Source: Candidatus Bipolaricaulota bacterium
Lineage (GTDB): Bacteria; Bipolaricaulota; Bipolaricaulia; Bipolaricaulales; Bipolaricaulaceae
Direction of reading: 5' to 3'
Length of the DNA: 64,000 nt
Assembly: GCA_030550535.1 (NCBI GenBank)
Contig: JAUQPF010000051.1
Span: forward strand, 2,974 to 66,973
Shown: piece after piece, positions 47,222-56,374 of the stretch
How the letters are laid out: each line of letters starts with the position of its first letter
How positions within the stretch are numbered: position 1 is the stretch's first letter
Translations under genes and position numbers: made by a program
Notes under the pieces: model-generated
What the model saw: the letters and a program-made list of their open reading frames with translations, nothing else
Told to the model about the DNA's origin: nothing
The model's database searches: none

Positions 47222-47319
47222 GGCCCTCCAGTGTCGTTCCAAAGGACCGTTGCCCAAAGGAAAGACCGGGCCGCTTGAGGGGTCCTACGTGCGGAGCGAA
47301 GGTGCGGAACGTCCCCGAT

Positions 47320-48597
47320 TTAGGGGACGGCTGGCCCTTCTTGGGCCAGGCGCCAAAACGCCTGCTTGAAGGCCTCGCCGCGGTGGGCGTAGTCCCGGAA
47401 CTGGTCGAAGCTGGCGCAGGCGGGGGAGAGGAGGACGGTGTCGCCCGGCTGGGCCAGCTCATAGGCCTTGCGCAGGGCGTCATCGGGGTCGGAGGCCAAG
47501 AGGTAGGGGACATCCCAGGCCTGAAGGAGCGCGGCGAAGAACCCCTGGGATTCGCCGATGAGGACGCAGGCGCGGACTTTCTCGCGCAAAAGGGGCTCCA
47601 AGGCCGCGTAGCCGCCGCGTTTGTGGCGGCCGCCCAGGATGAGCACCACCGGACCCGGCATGGCCCGCAGGGCCGCGCAGGTGGCGTGGGCGTTGGTCCC
47701 CTTGGAGTCGTTGACGAAGGGGATGCCCCGGATCTCCCCCACCCGCTCCAACCGATGGGGCTGGCGGAGGATCGGCTCCAGGGCGGAAAAGGGTGGAGGA
47801 TCGTGGGGAAGGAGGGCGGAGCAGGCGGCCCACGCGGCCCGGAGGTTGCAGCCCAGGTGCTCAGGAACCCCCTTCCTCCAATCCCCAGGGAGCTCCGTCT
47901 CCTCGATGAGGCGCACCCGCGCCCGCGGGGCCACCTGGCTCAGGATCTCCCGGCCCAGGACGGCGAGGTCCTCTTCCCTCTGCCTTCGGAGGAGGTTGGC
48001 TTTGGCCGCAAAGTAGTGGGCTAGGTTGGGGTGGTAGTCGAGGTGATCAGGGGCAAAATTCAGCCACACCGCCGCCTCAGGCCGGAACCGCTCCGTCCAC
48101 AGGAGCTGGAAGGAGCTGACCTCCAAAACCCATGGTTTTCCGGCCGCCGCGTCGACCGTGCCGATCGCGGGCCGGCCGATGTTCCCCGCCACCACGGGTT
48201 CCTGCCCCCACGCCCGCAGGATGGCGCCCACGAGCTCCGTGGTCGTGGATTTTCCGTTGGTGCCGGTGATGGCCACGGTGAACGCGGGCGAGGCCAGTCG
48301 CCAGGCGAGCTCGATCTCCGACCAGACCGGGATCCTCCGTCGCACCGCCTCCGCCACCACCGGGGTGTGGGGAGGGACCCCGGGGCTGGGCACGAGGAGC
48401 TCGGCCTCCAAACAGGCGGGGCTGTGCCCGCCCTCTTCGTAGGGCACATTGTGCTCCTCCAGGAACGCCCGCTCCTCGGGGGAAAGGCTTCGGGACTCGG
48501 ACAGGAAAAGCTGAGCTTTTCCGGAGAGGGTCTCCACGAGGGCCCGGCCGGTGCGGCCCAAACCCAGGATCGTGATCCTTCGGGGGAGGTCGGTCAT
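47320..48597 (-). CDS. murD: UDP-MurNAc-L-Ala--D-glutamate ligase
   Basis: ITGTNGKSTT, EVSSFQL, DHLDYH, NDSKGTN, SPACASFD. Confidence 0.96.
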   Translation of the reverse strand: MTDLPRRITILGLGRTGRALVETLSGKAQLFLSESRSLSPEERAFLEEHNVPYEEGGHSPACLEAELLVPSPGVPPHTPVVAEAVRRRIPVWSEIELAWRLASPAFTVAITGTNGKSTTTELVGAILRAWGQEPVVAGNIGRPAIGTVDAAAGKPWVLEVSSFQLLWTERFRPEAAVWLNFAPDHLDYHPNLAHYFAAKANLLRRQREEDLAVLGREILSQVAPRARVRLIEETELPGDWRKGVPEHLGCNLRAAWAACSALLPHDPPPFSALEPILRQPHRLERVGEIRGIPFVNDSKGTNAHATCAALRAMPGPVVLILGGRHKRGGYAALEPLLREKVRACVLIGESQGFFAALLQAWDVPYLLASDPDDALRKAYELAQPGDTVLLSPACASFDQFRDYAHRGEAFKQAFWRLAQEGPAVP

Positions 48598-49505
48598 CCG
48601 CGCAGGGCCTCCGCGATCCTGCGCTCCAGGACCTGGGCCAGCGAGAAGCGCTCCAGCTGCAGGTAGTACTCGGCCACCTGGACCAGGGCCTCCTCGGGGA
48701 TGAGCCCCACGATCTCCGTGCCCACGACAGGGACGCCAAAGCGCTGGGCCTCCCTGCGCACGAGCTCCAGGACCCGGGGGAGCGGGGTCTTCCGAAAGTT
48801 CGTGAGGTTCATGGAGACCTGGACGATCCCGCGTTCTTTGAGCTCCATCCCCAGGGCCTTGACATGGCGCAGCCCGCCGGAGGAGAACCGCACGGCCTTG
48901 GCGATCTCCTGAGCGATCCGGAGGTCGTTTGTGCCCAAATTCACGTTGAAGGCGATGAGGAACTCCCGGGCGCCCACGGCGGTGACCCCGGCCGTGGGAT
49001 GCACCACGGGCTCCCCAAAGTCCGGGGCCCAGCGGGGATCCTTGATCTTCTCGAAGAAGCCCTCGAACTCGCCTTTGCGGATCTCCGCGAGGTCCTGGCG
49101 CTCGGGCCGGGTGGCGGCCTCCGCGTAGAGGTAAACGGGAACGCGAAAGCGCTCCCAGATCTCCTTGCCCACGGTTTTGGCCAGGGCCACGCAGTCGGCC
49201 ATCTTGACCCCCCGCACGGGCACGAAAGGCACGACGTCCACCGCGCCCATGCGCGGGTGCTCCCCGCGGTGGACGCGCAGATCGATGCGGGGAAGCGCCG
49301 CCGCGAACAGGCGGTACACGGCCTCGGCCACACCCTCCGGTTCGCCGACGAACGTGAAAACGGTGCGGTTGTGGTCGGGGTCGGACTGGACGTCGAGAAG
49401 GCGCACGGTGGGTACGGCGCGGATGGCTTCGGCCATGGCCTCGATGGACTCCCTATTGCGGCCCTCCGAGACGTTGGGCACGCACTCAACGAGCTTCTCC
49501 CACAT
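48594..49505 (-). CDS. ftcd: Glutamate formiminotransferase
   Basis: VECVPNVSEGR, DHNRTV, GEHPRMGAVDVVPFVP, QVSMNL. Confidence 0.95.
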   Translation of the reverse strand: MWEKLVECVPNVSEGRNRESIEAMAEAIRAVPTVRLLDVQSDPDHNRTVFTFVGEPEGVAEAVYRLFAAALPRIDLRVHRGEHPRMGAVDVVPFVPVRGVKMADCVALAKTVGKEIWERFRVPVYLYAEAATRPERQDLAEIRKGEFEGFFEKIKDPRWAPDFGEPVVHPTAGVTAVGAREFLIAFNVNLGTNDLRIAQEIAKAVRFSSGGLRHVKALGMELKERGIVQVSMNLTNFRKTPLPRVLELVRREAQRFGVPVVGTEIVGLIPEEALVQVAEYYLQLERFSLAQVLERRIAEALRG

Positions 49506-49911
49506 CCCGCACCACCAGGGTGATCTCGGCCTCGGCCACGGGCTCCCCTTCCACCTCGGCTTGGACCTGGGCCTGGAGGACGGGCCCCCGGCGGCGGAGG
49601 AGCTTGGCCCGGAAGGTGAGGCGGTCCCCGGGCACGACAGGCCGGCGGAACCGGGCCCGCCCCACCTCCGCCAACACCGCGAGCTTCCCCTCCCCCAAAA
49701 GAAGCCCGGCCGTTTGGGCCATCCCCTCCAGGATCATCGTGCCGGGCATGACGGAGGGGAAGGGCGGCCGAAAGTGGCCCTGAAAATAGGGCTCATTGAC
49801 CGTCACGCACTTTTGGGCCACCACCTCCTCCTCGGTGCGGGAAAGCACGCGGTCGAGGAGGAGGTAGGGATAGCCCAGGGGCAGGGCCCGCTTGAGCGCC
49901 TCGATGTCCAT
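49486..49911 (-). CDS. fabZ: 3-hydroxyacyl-ACP dehydratase
   Basis: YPYLLLDRV, NEPYFQGHF, MPG..ILEGMAQ, FRRPVVPGD. Confidence 0.9.
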   Translation of the reverse strand: MDIEALKRALPLGYPYLLLDRVLSRTEEEVVAQKCVTVNEPYFQGHFRPPFPSVMPGTMILEGMAQTAGLLLGEGKLAVLAEVGRARFRRPVVPGDRLTFRAKLLRRRGPVLQAQVQAEVEGEPVAEAEITLVVRDVGEAR

Positions 49912-50708
49912 CAATTGGCGGGGAACAGGTTCCAAAGGCGCTTCTCCACCTCAGAAGTCAGGTTCGCCACGGCCGGGGCCCGCTGGTACATGACCACGTC
50001 CTTCGTGCGCAGGACGATGTCATAACCCAGCTCCTGGGCCACCTGCTGGGAGATCTCCAGGATCTTCACGGCCGCGACCTGGGTGAGGAGCTGGTCCACC
50101 TGCTGGAACGCCGCCTGAAGCTGCTGGACCTGGGCGAGGAAATCGGTCACGTTGAGGATCGTGACCTGGGCCTGTTTCACGAGGGCTTCCACTTGGTCCG
50201 CCAAGGGCTTCGCTTGGTCCCGCAGGTTCTGGAGGTCCGCGCGCAGGTTGGCAAATCCTGGCGAGGCGATCATTTTGTTGAGCATGGACATGTTCACCTG
50301 GACCTGGGCCTGGAGGTACTCGGCCTGGAGCTTAGCGTACTGCTGCTGGAAGGCGTCCGGCCTGATCTGGCCCTGCGCGTACTTGGTCTGAAGGTCCCGG
50401 ATGGCCTGGGCCTTGGCCAGAAGGGCGCTGCGCTCCGCGGCCACCTGGGGCAAGAACACGGTGGTGAAGAGGTTTTCCGCGTCCACCACCCCGATCTTGA
50501 GGCTCGTTCCCGAAGCAGCGGGAAGATTGGCGACTTTACCCTCCAGGATCTGCACGCGGGCCTGGAGCGCCCCCAAGTCCTTGGCCAATCCGGCGGTGTC
50601 CCCGCTCTTTGGGGAGAACACCATTCCGCCCACGATCCCGCCCGCAAACCCAAGGATCAACGAGCCCACGACACCCCCGACGATCCACACCGCAAGCTTC
50701 CCGTTCAT
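49911..50708 (-). CDS. OmpH/Skp-family chaperone, extended
   Basis: KIGVVD...coiled coils...VAQELGYDIVL...NLTSEV; directly after bamA. Confidence 0.8.
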   Translation of the reverse strand: MNGKLAVWIVGGVVGSLILGFAGGIVGGMVFSPKSGDTAGLAKDLGALQARVQILEGKVANLPAASGTSLKIGVVDAENLFTTVFLPQVAAERSALLAKAQAIRDLQTKYAQGQIRPDAFQQQYAKLQAEYLQAQVQVNMSMLNKMIASPGFANLRADLQNLRDQAKPLADQVEALVKQAQVTILNVTDFLAQVQQLQAAFQQVDQLLTQVAAVKILEISQQVAQELGYDIVLRTKDVVMYQRAPAVANLTSEVEKRLWNLFPAN

Positions 50709-50730
50709 TTCTCCTCCTTGGTTTTTCGCC

Positions 50731-52854
50731 TCAGAACATGGGGCTCATCCCGAACTCGAAGGCCGGCACCCAGGTGGGTTCCCGGTCGTTCGGCCAGGAG
50801 GCGGCGATGCGCACGAACATGCCCCCCAGGTTCACGGCGACCTCGAACCCCGGGGCCATCTTCATGGTGCTTGTGCGCAGATCCCATCCCAAATCGAGGA
50901 ATGGGGCGAACCATGCGCCCTGAGCGAGCTCAATGCGGAACTCCGCGTTGAGGAGGGCCAGCCGGTCCGTCTGGGACTTCTTTGCGCCGCGTACGGAATC
51001 CACCCCGCCCAGGGTGAACCAATATTCGCGAGGCAGATCGAGGCCGAACCGGAGAAGGGCGCGCACCGCCAAGGCCGCCCGCTGCTCCCCAAGGTCATGG
51101 GGCCAGAACCTCGCGAGCTCCCACCTCCCCGCGAGGTACTCCGCGCCCGGGGCGAACGTGCCCGCCTTCTCCAGGCTCAGCTGGCTTCGGCTCCCCTTGC
51201 GCGGGAAGAAGGGGCTATCCCGGTCATCCCAGACCAGCCCGGCTTCCACGACGTTGCGTGGGGGAAGGGGCTGGTCCGGGAGCTCCAGGGTTTCCTCTTT
51301 CGTGAAGCCCAGGCTCAGATCCAGGTAATCCGCGAGGGGATAGGCCACCTTGACCCCCCCTCCCGTGGTCAGGCGTGTTCCCTCCTCTTTGCGGTAGAGC
51401 TGCACCTGGACCTGGGTGAACCCGGGGAAGGCCCGGCCCACGTAGTCCAGGCTCCAGGTGGTCTCCCCGCTTCCGGTGAGGCCGCGGGAGAAGGTGAGGG
51501 ACACGTCCTGCGCCGTGCCGAACAGGTTCTTCTGGGAGTAGGTGAGGTTCCCCACGATCCCCCCGGCCTCAGGGGAGAGGCTCACGGAGCCCGTGATGCT
51601 CCCGAGTCTGTCGAGCTCCTTGACCTCCACGGTGAGGAGGACGTGCTCCCCCTCCCAGGCGGGGATGAGGGAAACATCGCTGAAGTAGCCCAAAGCCATG
51701 AGGTTTTGGCGGGCCACGAGGAGCTTGGCCTCCGTGAGGGCCTGGCCTGGCTGCAGCTTCAAAACGCGGCGCACCACCCACTCCGCCGTGCGCGCAAGCC
51801 CCCGGATCTCCAGGCGCCCAAGCTCCCCCTCCCGCACGCGCACGAAGAGGATCCCGTTCTCCACCTTCTCCGCCCCGAAATCCACGAGGAAATAGCCCTC
51901 ACGGCGGTAGTAGTCGTACAAAGGACGAAGGGCGTTCAAAACCTCGAGGTTGCCCACGATCCCCCGAGGAAGCGGGGCCAACAAACCCTGAGCCCGTTCC
52001 GTGGGGATGGCCTTCGTCCCTACCACCACGATCCCCTGCAGCGCCTGCGGCTCCGCGAGGACCGTGCGCTCCGTGACCTGCCAGACCAACCTCACCCCGC
52101 CGGGCACGACCTCCGGGATCACCTGGGCCTGGGCGAAGTACACGGAGCGCGTGAGCCGCCCCAGGGACTCCTGGATCTTGGAAATCCGGCCCACCTCGCC
52201 CAAAGGCACGTCGATCAGGGCCAACGCGGTTTCCCTGGGAACGGTGGATAGGCCGCGGACCTCATGGGCCACCACGGGGAGCTCCTCAAACCGGAGGACG
52301 AGCTTTTCCCCCGGCACAATTTCGCCCACCTGCACCGTGCCCATGTCCTTTTTGCGGTACTCCTCGAGCACGGCATGCAAGGCCTTCTCCAGTTTCTTGC
52401 GGTTGAGGACCTCGCCGGGTTTGACCCCGTTTTCGCTGAGGATCTCGCGCACCCGCCGCTCGTACACGCGCGGGGGCTGGGTGAGCTCGCCCCACCACAC
52501 CAAAAGCCAGGACCACAGGGTTTTACCCCCTTTGGGCTCGGGTGGGACGCCCAAAATCACGACTTCTTGGATCTTGGGGAACTCCACGACGCGGTAGCGC
52601 ACGACCACCTGGTTTTCCTCCAGGGTCACCTCGGGCGTGACCTGCGCGAAATAACCCAGGTCCTCCAGGGCCTTGGCTCCGGCGAGGACCTTGTCGCGGT
52701 CCACCACGTCGCCCACCTTGAACGGCAGGGCCGCCAGGATGTCCCTGGTGGGGACGTTCTGGTTCCCCAGGATCTCGAGCTTCTCCACGGGGAAAGTCTG
52801 GGCCCAAGCACCAAGGCTGAAAAGAAGGAGCGCAAGACCTATCCTCACGGCCAT
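50731..52854 (-). CDS. bamA: Omp85/BamA outer-membrane assembly factor
   Basis: Signal peptide; POTRA repeats (LEDLGYFAQV, LMALGYFSDV); QKNLFGT; DDRDSPFFPRKG; terminal Phe. Confidence 0.92.
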   Translation of the reverse strand: MAVRIGLALLLFSLGAWAQTFPVEKLEILGNQNVPTRDILAALPFKVGDVVDRDKVLAGAKALEDLGYFAQVTPEVTLEENQVVVRYRVVEFPKIQEVVILGVPPEPKGGKTLWSWLLVWWGELTQPPRVYERRVREILSENGVKPGEVLNRKKLEKALHAVLEEYRKKDMGTVQVGEIVPGEKLVLRFEELPVVAHEVRGLSTVPRETALALIDVPLGEVGRISKIQESLGRLTRSVYFAQAQVIPEVVPGGVRLVWQVTERTVLAEPQALQGIVVVGTKAIPTERAQGLLAPLPRGIVGNLEVLNALRPLYDYYRREGYFLVDFGAEKVENGILFVRVREGELGRLEIRGLARTAEWVVRRVLKLQPGQALTEAKLLVARQNLMALGYFSDVSLIPAWEGEHVLLTVEVKELDRLGSITGSVSLSPEAGGIVGNLTYSQKNLFGTAQDVSLTFSRGLTGSGETTWSLDYVGRAFPGFTQVQVQLYRKEEGTRLTTGGGVKVAYPLADYLDLSLGFTKEETLELPDQPLPPRNVVEAGLVWDDRDSPFFPRKGSRSQLSLEKAGTFAPGAEYLAGRWELARFWPHDLGEQRAALAVRALLRFGLDLPREYWFTLGGVDSVRGAKKSQTDRLALLNAEFRIELAQGAWFAPFLDLGWDLRTSTMKMAPGFEVAVNLGGMFVRIAASWPNDREPTWVPAFEFGMSPMF

Positions 52855-54368
52855 CCCTCCTCGGCGAAAGCCCGGTATTGCAGGGCTTCGGCCACGTGCT
52901 CGGCCTCGATGGTATCGGCGCCGCCCAGATCCGCAATGGTGCGGGCCACCTTGAGCGTGCGCACATAGCCCCTTCCCGTGAGGGCGAACCGGTCGATGGC
53001 CTTGGCCAAGAGGGCCTTGGCTTGGGGCGAAAGCACGCAGAACTTGCGCACCTCTTTGGGGCCCATCTCCGCGTTCACGAAGAGCTTCCCCGCGAAGCGA
53101 CGGCGCTGGATCTCCCGGGCCTCCATGACCCTTTTTCGCACGGCCTCGGAAGGCTCGCCCCCGCCCTCGCCCAAGAGCTCCTCTTTCGTGAGGCGCGGGA
53201 CGTGGACGAAGAGGTCGATGCGGTCCAGGAAGGGGCCGGAAAGTTTCTTTCGGTACTGCACGATCTCGTGGGGGCGGCAGCGGCAGGGCCGTAAGGCGTC
53301 CCCAAAGTGGCCGCAGGGGCAGGGGTTCATGGCCCCCACGAGCATGAAAGAAGCGGGGAAGGTCACGCTCACCCCCGCCCGCACCACCGTGATCTTCCGG
53401 TCCTCCAAGGGCTGGCGCAGGGCCTCCAGGACCCTCCGGTCGAACTCCGGAAGCTCGTCCAGGAAAAGGACGCCGTGGTGGGCGAGGCTGATCTCCCCCG
53501 GCACAGGGATCCCGTGTCCTCCGCCCACCAGGCCCACGTAGGAGATGGTGTGGTGGGGGGCGCGAAAGGGCCGCCAGCGCAGAAGCGGCCGGTCCGGAGG
53601 GAGAAGCCCGGCCACGGAGTGGACGCGGCTCACCTCCAGGGCCTCTTCAAAGGAGAGGGGCGGGAGGATCCCAGGGAGGCAGCGGGCGAGGAGGGATTTG
53701 CCCGCGCCGGGAGGGCCGATCAGGAGGAGGTGGTGGCCGCCGGCCGCGGCGATCTCCAGGGCCCGCCGGGCATGCTCCTGCCCCTTCACCAGCCCAAGGT
53801 CGATCCAGTCCGGCGGTGGGGCCTCGGGGATGACCCGCGGGGCGGGCGGGATCTCCCGCTCGCCCCGGAGGAAGGCCACGGCCTCCCCGAGGTCCGCCAC
53901 GGGGAAAACCTGGAGCCCCTCCACCAGGGCGGCCTCAGGGGCGGAGTCCCGGGCCACCACCAGGCGCGCGAGCCCTGCTTCCTTGGCGGCCAGGGCCACG
54001 GCCAGAACCCCCCGCACCGGCCGCACCCCACCGTCCAGGGAAAGCTCGCCCAAGAACACCGTGTCCCGCGTGCGGTCCTTGGGGACCTGGCCGGTGGCCA
54101 CCAGGAGGGCCACGGCCAAGGCGAGGTCGAACCCGGCGCCCTCCTTGCGCAGGTCCGCGGGGGCCAGGTTCGCGGTGATGCGCAGCTGGGGGAACTCCAG
54201 GCCTAAATTGCGGATGGCCGCGCGCACCCGGTCCCGCGCCTCCGAGACCTCCTTCTCGGGGAGGCCCACCACGGCGAAGCCCGGGAGGCCCGGGCCCACA
54301 TCGCACTGGACCTCCACGAGCCGCGCCTCCACCCCGTACGGGGTCCCGCTAAGCACCTGCGCGAACAT
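52845..54368 (-). CDS. comM: YifB/ComM Mg-chelatase-like AAA+ ATPase
   Basis: NLAPADLRKEG, GPPGAGKS, PFRAPHH, LFLDELPEF, AMNPCPCG. Confidence 0.95.
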   Translation of the reverse strand: MFAQVLSGTPYGVEARLVEVQCDVGPGLPGFAVVGLPEKEVSEARDRVRAAIRNLGLEFPQLRITANLAPADLRKEGAGFDLALAVALLVATGQVPKDRTRDTVFLGELSLDGGVRPVRGVLAVALAAKEAGLARLVVARDSAPEAALVEGLQVFPVADLGEAVAFLRGEREIPPAPRVIPEAPPPDWIDLGLVKGQEHARRALEIAAAGGHHLLLIGPPGAGKSLLARCLPGILPPLSFEEALEVSRVHSVAGLLPPDRPLLRWRPFRAPHHTISYVGLVGGGHGIPVPGEISLAHHGVLFLDELPEFDRRVLEALRQPLEDRKITVVRAGVSVTFPASFMLVGAMNPCPCGHFGDALRPCRCRPHEIVQYRKKLSGPFLDRIDLFVHVPRLTKEELLGEGGGEPSEAVRKRVMEAREIQRRRFAGKLFVNAEMGPKEVRKFCVLSPQAKALLAKAIDRFALTGRGYVRTLKVARTIADLGGADTIEAEHVAEALQYRAFAEEGWP

Positions 54369-54696
54369 CCTCGGCGGTGAACGCGCCCTTGATGTGGCGG
54401 ATTCCTCTGGGGGTCACGGCCACCACGTCGAACCGCACGGGAACCGTGGGTTTCCCGGCCAAGTACGCCTGGGCCGTGCGCCGAAGCCTGGCCCTTTTGC
54501 CCGCGTCCACGGCCTCCTCGGGGAGGGCGAAGCCCTCGTCGGCCCGGCCCTTCACCTCCACGAACACGAGGGTGGGGCCGTCTTTAGCGATGATGTCTAC
54601 CTCGCCGCCGCGCCAGCGCCAGTTGCGGGCCACAATGAGCATCCCCTGCTCCCGCAGGTACCGGCAGGCCAGCTCCTCTGCGGTGCGTCCCTCCAC
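54349..54696 (-). CDS. yraN: YraN family (UPF0102) nuclease
   Basis: AEELACRYL, RNWR..GEVDII, LVFVEVK, RFDVV. Confidence 0.92.
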   Translation of the reverse strand: MEGRTAEELACRYLREQGMLIVARNWRWRGGEVDIIAKDGPTLVFVEVKGRADEGFALPEEAVDAGKRARLRRTAQAYLAGKPTVPVRFDVVAVTPRGIRHIKGAFTAEDVRAGA

Positions 54697-54760
54697 GGCC
54701 CTCCATCTTACCCCGGGGAAGTTGTCCCCGGAGGGCTTTTTCGCCTTATACTGCGGGGTC

Positions 54761-56047
54761 ATGCGCGTCCTTATCCGCGGGGCGATGGTGTGGCCGCGGC
54801 CGGAGGGCCCCCTCCTCCCCAAGGCCGACGTGGTCATCGAGGGACGGAGGTTTGCTGCCGTCCTCACCGAGGAGAGCCCCCAGGGTCCGTTCGACCTCGT
54901 GGTGGAGGGCGAGGGAAGGCTTCTCCTTCCGGGCTTGGTGAACGCCCACACCCATCTCGCCATGACCCTGTTCCGTGGGCTGGCGCAGGACCGGCCGCTC
55001 ATGCAGTGGCTCACCGAGGAGGTCTGGCCCCGGGAGAAGAGGCTCACGGGCGAGGTGGTGTATTGGTTCTCCCTTTTGGGCCTGGCGGAGATGATCAAGG
55101 GCGGCACCACGGCCTTTGCCGACATGTACTTCTTCATGGAGGAGGTGGCGGAGGCCGTGGAGCGGGCGGGGGTACGGGCCCTCCTCTCCTACGGGGTGAT
55201 CGCGCCCACCCCCGAGCGCATGGAGTCCGAGCTCCGGAAGGCCGAGGAGTTCGCGCGGGAGTGGGAGGGACGCGCGGAGGGGCGCATCCGCGTGGCCCTC
55301 TCCCCGCACGCCCCCTACACCTGCGGCCCGGAGGTGTGGAAGAGGGCGGTGGCCTTGGCGAGGGAGCTGCGCATCCCCATCCACACCCACCTTGCCGAGA
55401 CCAAGGAGGAGGTGGAGCGGGTGCGGGCGGAGCGCGGCCGCTCGCCCGTGGAGTGGCTGGAGGAGCTCGGTGTTTTCGGGGTTCCCGTGCTCGCCGCCCA
55501 TTGCGTACATCTCTCCGAAAAGGACATGGAGATCCTCGCTGCCCACGGCGTCCACGCCGTGCACTGTCCCACTTCCAACCTCAAGCTCGCCTGCGGGATC
55601 GCCCCGGTGGTGGAGATGCTGCGCACCGGGGTCAACGTATGTCTGGGCACGGACGGCGCGGGCTCTGCCGGCGACCTGAACATGCTGGAGGAGATGCGGC
55701 TTGCCGCCCTTTTGGCCAAGGTGCGCACGGGCGATCCCCAGGCCCTCTCCGCTCGCGAGGCCTTGGGCTTGGCCACTTGGCGCGGGGCCGTGGCCCTGGG
55801 ATGGGGCAAGGAGTTGGGTACAATTGAAGAGGGCCGGCGAGCGGACGGCATCCTCGTCCGGCTGGATCGGGTTCATCTCTTTCCCGATTACGATCCGGTG
55901 GCCAACCTCGTGTACGCTGGCCAGGCCGCGGATGTGGAGGCCCTGTTCGTGGATGGCCGCTTCCTCCTCCGCGACGGCCAGTTGCAGACGCTGGACGAAG
56001 AGGAGATCCTTGGCCGGTGCCGGGAGCTCGCCAAAAAATTCCGTTGA
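54761..56047 (+). CDS. mtaD: MTA/SAH deaminase-like amidohydrolase
   Basis: PGLVNAHTH, DMYF, PHAPYT, HTHLAET, GTDG. Confidence 0.85.
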   Translation: MRVLIRGAMVWPRPEGPLLPKADVVIEGRRFAAVLTEESPQGPFDLVVEGEGRLLLPGLVNAHTHLAMTLFRGLAQDRPLMQWLTEEVWPREKRLTGEVVYWFSLLGLAEMIKGGTTAFADMYFFMEEVAEAVERAGVRALLSYGVIAPTPERMESELRKAEEFAREWEGRAEGRIRVALSPHAPYTCGPEVWKRAVALARELRIPIHTHLAETKEEVERVRAERGRSPVEWLEELGVFGVPVLAAHCVHLSEKDMEILAAHGVHAVHCPTSNLKLACGIAPVVEMLRTGVNVCLGTDGAGSAGDLNMLEEMRLAALLAKVRTGDPQALSAREALGLATWRGAVALGWGKELGTIEEGRRADGILVRLDRVHLFPDYDPVANLVYAGQAADVEALFVDGRFLLRDGQLQTLDEEEILGRCRELAKKFR

Positions 56048-56052
56048 CCGAA

Positions 56053-56078
56053 CCCTTTCCCTCGCGCCGGGGAAAGGG
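56053..56078 (+). promoter_or_regulatory. Hairpin upstream of the rpsO SD (possible leader element)
   Basis: CCCTTTCCC/GGGAAAGGG 9-bp stem with no U tail. Confidence 0.35.
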
Positions 56079-56095
56079 CGATTGGAGGTGAGAAC

Positions 56096-56368
56096 GTGGC
56101 GCTTTCCAAGGAGCAGAAGCAGGAGATCATCGCGAAGTTCGCGCAGGGTCCCAACGATACGGGCTCCGTGGAGGTGCAGGTGGCGCTCCTCACGGCCCGG
56201 ATCAACCAGCTCACGGAACACCTAAGGGTCCACCGCAAGGACTTCCACTCCCGGCGGGGGCTGTACATCCTTGTGGGGCGGAGGCGCCGCCTGCTGCGGT
56301 ACCTTCGGGAGAAGGACCCTGCCCGCTACCGCCGCCTCCTCCAGACCTTGGGTCTGCGCGAGGTGTAG
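56096..56368 (+). CDS. rpsO: 30S ribosomal protein S15
   Basis: [22 protein letters not shown]. Confidence 0.98.
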   Translation: MALSKEQKQEIIAKFAQGPNDTGSVEVQVALLTARINQLTEHLRVHRKDFHSRRGLYILVGRRRRLLRYLREKDPARYRRLLQTLGLREV

Positions 56369-56374
56369 CCGCCT

